The notes beneath the pieces were generated by a model. It ran no database searches. It was given only the letters and a program-made list of their open reading frames with translations, and was not told where the DNA came from. Below are positions 25,046 through 31,268 of a stretch of 31,268 nt of DNA, piece after piece (positions within the stretch are counted from its first letter, which is position 1; each line of letters begins with the position of its first letter). The translations under genes and the position numbers were made by a program. Source of the DNA: a virus (lineage: Duplodnaviria > Caudoviricetes); the IMG/VR virus record IMGVR_UViG_3300037483_001105, positions 1-31,268 of that record, one strand, 5' to 3'.

Positions 25046-25134
25046 GGTGGCGCGGCGCCGCTGCAGCGCCTAATAGATCGCAGCAGCCGCTGCCGCGCAT
25101 GACCGCGCGTGACCCCTGAGCACCGCGGACGTCG

Positions 25135-25356
25135 TCAATGGCCGCCGGGTTGCCCACCGGACCGCGCCGCTTCGGCATGGAGCAACAGCAATCTGGCGAT
25201 CTCTTCGGCTTTGTCTGGCGTCGCCGTCATGTTGACGCGCACGGCCTCGGCGCCGAGGCTCATTTCAGCTCGAAGCAGGACCGCGCGGCCACTCCGGTTC
25301 ACCGTGATGGTCCACTCGCACGCACTCGAACAGGCCTTGAAGTCTCCGAACACCAT
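25135..25356 (-). CDS. Hypothetical protein (73 aa)
   Basis: MVFGDFK... starts 2 nt after the upstream stop; ends with a T.D.A.E.A..L...A..AR helix common in small phage proteins. Confidence 0.55.
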   Translation of the reverse strand: MVFGDFKACSSACEWTITVNRSGRAVLLRAEMSLGAEAVRVNMTATPDKAEEIARLLLLHAEAARSGGQPGGH

Positions 25357-25358
25357 GG

Positions 25359-25607
25359 TCACCAGTCCCGCTTTGACCGGCTTCGCACCCGGAGCTCTTC
25401 GTAGAAATGGGGCATGCACTCCTCGAGCGCGCCCCGCTCAACGACGAACTTCCGTCCCACTCTCAGAACCGGTACGCCGCCCGCCGTCAACAGCCGGCGA
25501 GTCGTCCGGGTGCCGCCGAACCCGACTGCGCGAGTAATCTCGCCGACGCTGAGCACCGGCCGCCTCGGTCCTTGCGGCACATCCTCGTCCTCGAACACGC
25601 GCGTCAA
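25359..25607 (-). CDS. Excisionase-like (MerR/HTH_17) winged-helix protein
   Basis: LSV.E....VG....T.RRLL..G.VP..RVG.KF.V.R..L; TTG start. Confidence 0.65.
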   Translation of the reverse strand: MTRVFEDEDVPQGPRRPVLSVGEITRAVGFGGTRTTRRLLTAGGVPVLRVGRKFVVERGALEECMPHFYEELRVRSRSKRDW

Positions 25608-25628
25608 CCTTTCCGTCCCCTGGTGGCC

Positions 25629-27050
25629 CTACGCCCTGCGCCCCGGGCCGCGCCCCGCGGCCGACTCGTGCGTGAAGTTCGTGCGGTTCAGGAATTCGCT
25701 CACGACGTACGTCAAGGCATCCATTCTGTCCGGGCTCCACTTGACGTCATCGGTCCACTGGCAGCATTCGTCCTCGAGCTTCGTGAGCCCCGGCGAGTGG
25801 AAGACCATGTGCTTGCTGTAGAGCGCAGCCACGCTCTCAGTCCACGCGCGCTTGCCCTTGTTGCCGCCCTTCTTGAGCACGCGCACCCGCGGGTCGACGA
25901 GCTTCATGAGCGACTCGACCATGGCGCCGCTGCGGCCGACGTCCGCCACCATGAACGACGCCTCGTGCTTCCAGTACAGATCCACCGCGGCTCTCGCGGC
26001 CACGTCCGGGGTGTCGTTGACGGTCACGTCCTCGAGCACCTGGACGACGCCGTCGTCCCGAATCCCAGCGGCGACGATCCCCCAGCTGTCCGCCTGCTCG
26101 CCGGAGGTCTCCGCCGGGTCGACGCCGATTCCGACCCGCCGGAACCGCGCATCCTTCGTCGCCGCTGGGCACCACGCGGGCTCGAACCACTCACGCCTGA
26201 AGAGCGCGCCCGGCTGCTCTTCGAGGATCTCACCCCAGATTTCCTGCCGGCCGAACCCGGTCCCCTCGTACTCCTGTAAGTTCGCGTCGAGCCAGCTCTT
26301 CGCGACGTTCGCCCGGTTCTCGTAGCTCGACCCGACCGACACGGCAGAGAGCGGATCTCGCGTCAGGCGGATGAGGAGCTTCAGCGGCCGCGGGGTCGTC
26401 GCGACCATGGTTTGAGGATGCACGCCGCTGCGCATCGTCATCTGCAGCTGGCGCCACACCTCATCGGAGTAGGGCATCGCCGCGAGCTCGTCAACCGCGG
26501 CAAAATGGTTGTTCGGGCCGCGCAGGTTGTCCGGCTCTTCCCCGCTGAAGAGCTTGACCCTGGAGCCGTTCGGGAACATGAGCTGCCGCTTGTTCACTTG
26601 CACCGCCGGGTAGAACCACGGCGGCGCGTGCGCGAGCAAGCCTGACTCGCCGTCCACAGCCTCGCCCCAGAGCGCCGCCGTCGTTCTCGCGACCAGCGCG
26701 ATCCGACAGCCCGGGAAGCGCTGCGCGCGGTCGATCATGAACTGCGTCAGGCGCCGGCTCTTTCCGGACCCGCGGCCGGCGCAACAGATCCAGTAGATCC
26801 AATCGCCCGGAGGCTCGCCCTGCCCGCTCCAAAGCCCGAAGCCTGGCTCCTTCTTCGGCGGCCGCGGCGGCGGAAGCCGCACCGCGGGACGCTCCCAGGC
26901 CGGCCAGTAGTAGCGCAACGCGAGCCGCTCCTTCGGCGTCAGCACATCGTGGAAGGCGCGCGGTCCCATCGCGAGCGTCAGGCGCTCGATCTGGGACATC
27001 TGCCCAGCGTCGAGGCGCGGAGTTGCGGCGACGGCCGCGTCCTGGTTCAT
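25629..27050 (-). CDS. terL: Terminase large subunit (473 aa)
   Basis: ATGA overlap at 27050; Walker A AGRGSGKS, LRGP, Walker B FAAVDE, coupling motif ATTPR; nuclease motifs IGVDPA and SPDRMDA. Confidence 0.95.
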   Translation of the reverse strand: MNQDAAVAATPRLDAGQMSQIERLTLAMGPRAFHDVLTPKERLALRYYWPAWERPAVRLPPPRPPKKEPGFGLWSGQGEPPGDWIYWICCAGRGSGKSRRLTQFMIDRAQRFPGCRIALVARTTAALWGEAVDGESGLLAHAPPWFYPAVQVNKRQLMFPNGSRVKLFSGEEPDNLRGPNNHFAAVDELAAMPYSDEVWRQLQMTMRSGVHPQTMVATTPRPLKLLIRLTRDPLSAVSVGSSYENRANVAKSWLDANLQEYEGTGFGRQEIWGEILEEQPGALFRREWFEPAWCPAATKDARFRRVGIGVDPAETSGEQADSWGIVAAGIRDDGVVQVLEDVTVNDTPDVAARAAVDLYWKHEASFMVADVGRSGAMVESLMKLVDPRVRVLKKGGNKGKRAWTESVAALYSKHMVFHSPGLTKLEDECCQWTDDVKWSPDRMDALTYVVSEFLNRTNFTHESAAGRGPGRRA

Positions 27051-27940
27051 CCCGGCGCGCTCTCGCTCGCAGCAATGCCTGCGAGGCCTGCATCGTCGAT
27101 TCCGAGCAGCCTCCAGACCGCGGCGCCATCGACGTAGCGGGAGCTCGGGTCCACCCCGCACTTCGTCACGAAGCGCGTCTGCTCAGCTCGATCCTTGAAG
27201 ACCACGACCGCGTAGCATTCCGTATCGACTTCGTCGGCACTTTCGCGGGCGGCCTTCTTGGCTTCCTTGATGGCCGCCATCTGGGCGGCCTTCTTGGCCG
27301 CCTGCTCGGCGTCCTTCTTCGCCTGCTCGGCCGCGCGCTCTTCGGCGCCCACGCTTGCGATGTCGTCGAGCTCGGCGAGCGTCTCAAGGACGGCGGCGGG
27401 CTGCGCCTTCTCGGCGAAGAGCGGCGCCAGGCGATCGTCATTGAAGAGAACGCTCAGATCCACCGCGTCGAACCCGGTATCGGATAGCGCGTCCTTGTCG
27501 ATGTCGCGAAGCAGAGCCTCGAGCAGCTCTGTATCCCACGCGCCCATCGCTGCCCCGTTGTTCATGAAGACGTTCTGCGTGCGCTCCTCCAGGTCGCTCA
27601 GGTCGACCATGGCCACGTCGAGGTCGTAGTCCCCGCGCCCCTCGATCACGTCGATCGCCGCGAGCCGCTGGTGCCCGCTCACGATGTTCCCCGTGCGCCG
27701 ATTCACGACGATCGGCTCGAGAAGCCCTACCGACCTCAGGTTCTTCTCAAGCTTCTTCCTCGCGTGGAGGTCGATCGTCCGCGGGTTGTACGGAGCCCCG
27801 TGAACGTCTTCCCGCCGCACCCGCGAGATCGCGAACTTCTGCGTTCGCGTGAGTTTCCTCGGACCCGGCTGCTTCGGCTGCTTTGTCGGCGTTGAAGAGT
27901 TGTGCTCCTGCAAAGGGGAAGATAGCGAGGACTTTGGCAT
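27047..27940 (-). CDS. ParB/sulfiredoxin-like N-terminal domain protein (start uncertain)
   Basis: APYNPR.I, GLLEPIVVN.RTG.IVSGHQRL and N....G.WD...L motifs; charged linker and small C-terminal domain. Confidence 0.9.
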   Translation of the reverse strand: MPKSSLSSPLQEHNSSTPTKQPKQPGPRKLTRTQKFAISRVRREDVHGAPYNPRTIDLHARKKLEKNLRSVGLLEPIVVNRRTGNIVSGHQRLAAIDVIEGRGDYDLDVAMVDLSDLEERTQNVFMNNGAAMGAWDTELLEALLRDIDKDALSDTGFDAVDLSVLFNDDRLAPLFAEKAQPAAVLETLAELDDIASVGAEERAAEQAKKDAEQAAKKAAQMAAIKEAKKAARESADEVDTECYAVVVFKDRAEQTRFVTKCGVDPSSRYVDGAAVWRLLGIDDAGLAGIAASESAPG

Positions 27941-28553
27941 AGTCACCGGGGGACCTCTTTCTAAGGGCTGTGAGCATCTTCGGCCGCAGATCAAATCCTT
28001 GACTGCGCGCACCTGGAATCAACGACACCGGAATCGGAATACCACGCGCGCGCAGGTACGAATGCACGTCCTTGGGCGCCCAATCCCAGATCGGATAGAC
28101 CCTTCGCCCCGGCTCATCGTACCCCGAGCAGACGTGAAGCATGCCGCGCCGATGCAGGCTGTCGGTCATCCGGTGGCCAGCCGCGATCCAACCGATGCCC
28201 GTGCGGACGCGCAGCGCATGCTCGATCTCCACCTGCGACAGGTTCGGCACCTTGCGCGTCAGGTGCACCCGGCACTCGCCGACGCGCAGCTCGTAGGCCA
28301 GCTGCGGGTGCGGCACCATGTGCACCGTCACCTTGTGCCGGGCAGCCGCGACACGCACGGGCTTCTCGAAGAACTCCAGGCCCTTCACCAGGTAGAGGTA
28401 GAAAGCCTCGACCCGCTTGAAGAGCCCCGGGCGCATGCAGAGGTCCAAGACCACCAGGCTGTCCTTGCCGCCCGAGAGCGCGACCAGCACGCTGTCCGAA
28501 TTCTCCGCCAGCCGGTGAAGCATGCCCGTCGCGCTCGCAACCAAGGATCCCAT
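27747..28553 (-). CDS. PAPS-reductase-family PP-loop (adenine nucleotide alpha hydrolase) protein
   Basis: VLVALSGGKDS PP-loop; G.R..DS..RR and YPI.DW...DV..Y motifs; GAGG SD before ATG 28553. Confidence 0.9.
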   Translation of the reverse strand: MGSLVASATGMLHRLAENSDSVLVALSGGKDSLVVLDLCMRPGLFKRVEAFYLYLVKGLEFFEKPVRVAAARHKVTVHMVPHPQLAYELRVGECRVHLTRKVPNLSQVEIEHALRVRTGIGWIAAGHRMTDSLHRRGMLHVCSGYDEPGRRVYPIWDWAPKDVHSYLRARGIPIPVSLIPGARSQGFDLRPKMLTALRKRSPGDYAKVLAIFPFAGAQLFNADKAAEAAGSEETHANAEVRDLAGAAGRRSRGSVQPADDRPPREEEA

Positions 28554-28560
28554 GGTGCCT

Positions 28561-29235
28561 CTATTGGGCCTTCAGATTCTTCTCGATTCGTCCGAGCGTC
28601 AGAAGCAGCTCATCGTCCGTCGCGGGGGGCTCCACCGCATCGCGCTTCTCGTACTGCTTCGCCTTCCCGCGCAGGTGGTCGATCAGGATCTCCGCGCAAC
28701 GCCGGCGCTCGGCCTCGCTCTTCGCCTGAACCATCTGCTGGACGATCAGCCTGAACGCCGCGGGCATCGCGCGCAAGGCGAGGTCGTCCACCATGCGCTC
28801 AGCCTCCTCGGGCGACTGAGGCACGCCACGCTTCCGGTCGGCTTGAACCTGAGGGTCGGGGGGCGGCTCGGGCTCTGGCTCCGCGGGCTCCTCGGAGCTC
28901 TCAGGCGCAGGCGCAGGCATGGGCGCGGCCAGGCGCAGGTGCGCGAGCAGCGGCCCGGCCTTCGAGGGGATGTGCTTCGGCGGCCGCTCGGCCCCTTCGA
29001 GCGCCCTGGCTGTGATCACGCCACCGGTGAAGGCCTCGAGCGCGCGCCGGTGCGTGGCCGAGAGGTAGGCGCTGCCGCGGAAGAGACGCGAAACCTGGGT
29101 CTGCAGCAAGCCGAGCGCCTCCAATTCGGCTTGGCGATGGCCATTCGCGTCAAGCCATTGGCCAAGCGCGCGAACCGCATCGGCCGGTGGAATCTTCTCG
29201 CCATCAAGATGCTTGGTGCGCAAATCGGGCCTCAA
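28561..29235 (-). CDS. Cro/XRE-like HTH fused to a terminase-small-subunit-like helical domain
   Basis: N-terminal L..WL......Q........Q..VSR...G...S......LE..TGG.I; Pro/Glu linker; C-terminal A...I...M.....ERRR.AE.LID...GK..Q; first gene of the packaging cluster. Confidence 0.6.
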   Translation of the reverse strand: MRPDLRTKHLDGEKIPPADAVRALGQWLDANGHRQAELEALGLLQTQVSRLFRGSAYLSATHRRALEAFTGGVITARALEGAERPPKHIPSKAGPLLAHLRLAAPMPAPAPESSEEPAEPEPEPPPDPQVQADRKRGVPQSPEEAERMVDDLALRAMPAAFRLIVQQMVQAKSEAERRRCAEILIDHLRGKAKQYEKRDAVEPPATDDELLLTLGRIEKNLKAQ

Positions 29236-29506
29236 TATCGAGCCTCGGATCGGCCTCTAACCGGACCTCTCAGCCGTCCTTCGGACCTTCAGGAGCCAGC
29301 GCGAGAATCCTATAACAGCGCGAATCCTGTAAGGAAACTCATAATGACTTCAGTATGCATTGCGCCAGAGTAAGAATGACTCGGATTCCTCCTTCCGCGC
29401 GCACACAAGGCTGCGCACGTTTATTGCAGGCCACCCTCCAATTGTTTTCCACACCTTGTCCGACATGTAATACCGGCGTGTAATACCGCAAACAGATGCA
29501 AGGCAT
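29224..29506. promoter_or_regulatory. Lower-GC intergenic region with several direct repeats; candidate late promoter / packaging-initiation region
   Basis: Only long non-coding gap ahead of the late operon; TGTAATACCG x2; CAGCGCGA(GA)ATCCTRTAA x2; a degenerate ATCGRGCCTC series. Confidence 0.55.
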
Positions 29507-30037
29507 TCATCGCGCCGACCTCCAACCGACAGCACTGCTACGGCTACCACGGCAAGCAACGAAACGCGAAAGCGCCGAGTCCAGCGTCGACTCGGCATCG
29601 CGCAGCAAGACGCGCAGCGCGACCGCGGCCCTGCCGTCCTTCGCGGCGGCGCGAATCACCAGGCGCGCGAGCCATTCCTCAAGAGGTCGCGACGTGCCGG
29701 AGTCGAGCCAGGCGCGGCGCGTCGAGAGCAGCACGGGGATGACGCCCGTCGCATGTCCAAGGCCGGCAAGCTCGCGCTCGTCTCGTCCGAAGGCCGAGAA
29801 GAGCAAGCGCGCGTCAGCAGGTCGCATCGCTTCGAGCGTACGCCTGATCAGGCGCGCTCGCGTTGCCGCATCCAGGCGACGCTCGTCGACTTCGAGCGTG
29901 GCAGCGCCTCCAGTGACGCGGCCGGTCTCAAGGCGAGCGCGCATCGGCTCGAAGTTCGAGCGGGCCCCCATGGCGCCTGCCGCCTCGGTCCAATACCACC
30001 GGAGCTCTTCGGCGGCGCGACGCGTGGCGTTGTTCAT
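29507..30037 (-). CDS. Hypothetical helical protein (176 aa); candidate late-gene regulator by position
   Basis: Start MNNATRR at an ATGA overlap; EL.WY...A....G..S motif; last gene before the putative late promoter. Confidence 0.6.
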   Translation of the reverse strand: MNNATRRAAEELRWYWTEAAGAMGARSNFEPMRARLETGRVTGGAATLEVDERRLDAATRARLIRRTLEAMRPADARLLFSAFGRDERELAGLGHATGVIPVLLSTRRAWLDSGTSRPLEEWLARLVIRAAAKDGRAAVALRVLLRDAESTLDSALSRFVACRGSRSSAVGWRSAR

Positions 30038-30243
30038 TTGCCCTCGGGCCTCGGGGCCGGCAAAACCGGCCTCGCCGGAAAGCGCGCGACCTCGGCGCGG
30101 GCAAGGCGCCATGCGCGCTGCATGAGCCAACAAATCGAGCGGTCCTGCCGAACCGCCTCGCCGGCGATTTCGTTCGCCATGTCCGAGGGCAGGTAGAGCG
30201 TCTGCCGGCGTTTGCCAGGCGGTGCCACAGGAGCCGCGATCAT
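30034..30243 (-). CDS. Ribbon-helix-helix protein resembling the myxobacterial MXAN_4361/MXAN_4362 family (TIGR04563)
   Basis: KRRQTLYLPSDMANEIAGEAVRQDRSICWLMQRAWRLAR..V..FP matches my recollection of that family; ATGA overlaps at both ends. Confidence 0.75.
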   Translation of the reverse strand: MIAAPVAPPGKRRQTLYLPSDMANEIAGEAVRQDRSICWLMQRAWRLARAEVARFPARPVLPAPRPEGK

Positions 30244-31097
30244 CGTTCGACCTCCGGGCACGCTTCCACGCACCGCGGGCATCGCGGCGAATGCCTCGTG
30301 CATCGAGGCCTCGACGGCTGGCACCGCTCGCGGTCATCGGCAGCGCGCAGCGCCTCCCGCGACTCGAGCATCTCGTCGAAGAGCTTCGCCGCCGTGTGCT
30401 CGTCCGCCGCCGCCCAGGCGTCGTAGGCGCGCCGGAAATCCTCGAGCTGTCGCAGCCGGTCCTCGGCATGCCGCGCCAAACGCTCGCAGCGGGCCGCTGA
30501 GGCCTCGGCGGCATCGGGCGCGGCCTCGGCGGCGGCAGCGCGCGCCTCGGCGGCGGCAGCGCGCGCCTCGGCGGCGGCAGCGCGCGCCTCGGCGCCCTGG
30601 AGGGCGATCCTCGCCTCGTCGCGCTGGCTCTCGTGCCGCATGGACGCCTCGGCGGCCTCGCGCTGGGCGGCCTTCCAGCGCTCGACCTCGGCGCGGAGGC
30701 TGACGTTCTCGGCGTGAGCCAGCCGCACCTCGAAACTTTCCTTGGGCACCCAGTCAGGGGGTTTGTGCGCCTCACACCAGGCGGAGCGAGGCCTCGCGAT
30801 GGCGGCGCAGCCAGCCATCATGCAGGGCTCCTCGGCGTCGCGAGCGGCCTCAGCGGCTTCAGCCCTGGCCTCGGCGTCGGCCGCGCGCTTTGCGGCGCCC
30901 TGCTCGAGCAGGAGCACCACGGTCGAGCCCTCGCCGGCGGTCAAGGCGGCCACGAGGTGCCAGGCGGAGGGGATCGCGTCGAGCTCGGCCTGGAGCGCGC
31001 CGAACTCGACCTCGCGGGCGGCGTACCGGCTCGTAGGGCCCGGCTCGGCTCCGAAGCTGACGGGTCTGCCGGGGAGCTGGGGGGCGACGGGGATCAT
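30240..31097 (-). CDS. Coiled-coil phage protein with an internal CCCH zinc finger
   Basis: AGGAGG SD before ATG 31097; CMMAGC-x10-CEAH; AEARAAA heptad repeats. Confidence 0.7.
   Translation of the reverse strand: MIPVAPQLPGRPVSFGAEPGPTSRYAAREVEFGALQAELDAIPSAWHLVAALTAGEGSTVVLLLEQGAAKRAADAEARAEAAEAARDAEEPCMMAGCAAIARPRSAWCEAHKPPDWVPKESFEVRLAHAENVSLRAEVERWKAAQREAAEASMRHESQRDEARIALQGAEARAAAAEARAAAAEARAAAAEAAPDAAEASAARCERLARHAEDRLRQLEDFRRAYDAWAAADEHTAAKLFDEMLESREALRAADDRERCQPSRPRCTRHSPRCPRCVEACPEVER
30523..30594. repeat. 21-bp tandem repeat, three full copies plus a partial, coding AEARAAA
   Basis: GCCTCGGCGGCGGCAGCGCGC at 30523, 30544 and 30565, plus GCCTCGGCG at 30586. Confidence 0.9.
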
Positions 31098-31267
31098 GGG
31101 GTCTTCCTCCTGAGCGAGAAGAGCGTCGGGCCGAAACGGATCGGGTTGGGGTCGCACAGCCCGAGCTCGGTGCAGGACCGGCGCACGAGGTCCCAATCCT
31201 CAGCGCCGCCGCGAAGTAGGCGGCCGAGTACGAGCCGGGTTGCGAGCCCGAAGGCGTTGCCGCTGGC
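31094..31267 (-). CDS. Hypothetical protein, 5'-truncated by the window edge (...ASGNAFGLATRLVLGRLL...RRKTP*)
   Basis: Own translation; open frame ending in an ATGA overlap with the next gene. Confidence 0.5.
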   Translation of the reverse strand, partial: ASGNAFGLATRLVLGRLLRGGAEDWDLVRRSCTELGLCDPNPIRFGPTLFSLRRKTP

Positions 31268-31268
31268 G

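Larger units (their letters stand above)
1..31268. mobile_element. Temperate myovirus/prophage segment (Mu-like head and contractile tail); probably extends beyond both window edges
   Basis: Co-oriented terminase, portal, protease, capsid, sheath, tube, tape measure, baseplate, fibre and lysis genes. ORFs are truncated at both edges and no host housekeeping genes are present. Confidence 0.95.

Noticed and set aside
7819-25102. Many long plus-strand ORFs (e.g. 7819..9267, 20472..21956, 21928..23298, 23504..25102) and Arg/Pro-rich alternate-frame ORFs
   Set aside because: They are shadow frames of recognisable minus-strand phage genes in GC-rich DNA, with no motifs of their own.
26820-26890. 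Intein or intron in the terminase (Pro-rich insert AVRLPPPRPPKKEPGFGLWSG)
   Set aside because: Only ~20 aa, in frame and without splicing motifs; more likely a loop insertion.
25629-27050. Gene transfer agent, since the TerL motifs resemble GTA-type terminases
   Set aside because: The head is Mu-like, the tail is contractile, and phage-type accessory genes flank the cluster. TerL similarity alone is not diagnostic.
27047-28553. Sulfate assimilation cysH or a plasmid-type parABS partition system
   Set aside because: No CysH C-terminal ECGLH motif or other cys genes, no ParA, and the ParB protein lacks an evident parS-binding HTH.
29236-29506. tRNA/ncRNA or small CDS (29350..29598) in the lower-GC gap
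   Set aside because: No cloverleaf or T-loop motif was found by eye, and the ORF overlaps the upstream gene with atypical codon usage. A covariance-model search would be needed to exclude an ncRNA.
30523-30594. CRISPR-like repeat array
   Set aside because: The repeats are contiguous with no spacers, lie in frame within a CDS, and there are no cas genes.

Overview
This GC-rich window is almost entirely the late region of a temperate contractile-tailed phage or prophage (Mu-like myovirus), probably from a myxobacterial host. The host inference rests on a 30034..30243 ribbon-helix-helix protein resembling the MXAN_4361/4362 family. One minus-strand operon runs from about 29.2 kb to a terminator at about 1.5 kb. 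Its order is: Cro-HTH/TerS-like protein, PAPS-reductase-family PP-loop protein, ParB/Srx protein, terminase large subunit, DUF935 portal, ClpP protease-scaffold, head decoration protein, Mu gpT-like capsid, head-tail joining genes, DUF2586-like sheath, tube, tail chaperone with a -1 frameshift, tape measure, baseplate, fibre/receptor-binding genes, a lysis cassette (GH19 endolysin, holin-like and lipoprotein genes) and small accessory genes. A convergent plus-strand cluster of small genes occupies 1..1469, and one antisense moron lies at 6850..7563. The most notable observations are: (1) a PAPS-reductase + ParB module wired into the packaging genes, and a separate unannotated 42-aa Lys/Gly-rich peptide; (2) a copy of a sheath domain inserted into baseplate J; (3) a receptor-binding cassette carrying gene fragments at both ends; (4) two ISAGD(Y/F)EG paralogues bracketing the lysis genes; (5) a possible RNase gene followed by tandem zinc-finger/RHH genes. 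No integrase, att site, RNA gene or CRISPR array was seen. All family calls come from motif recognition by eye, not from database searches.
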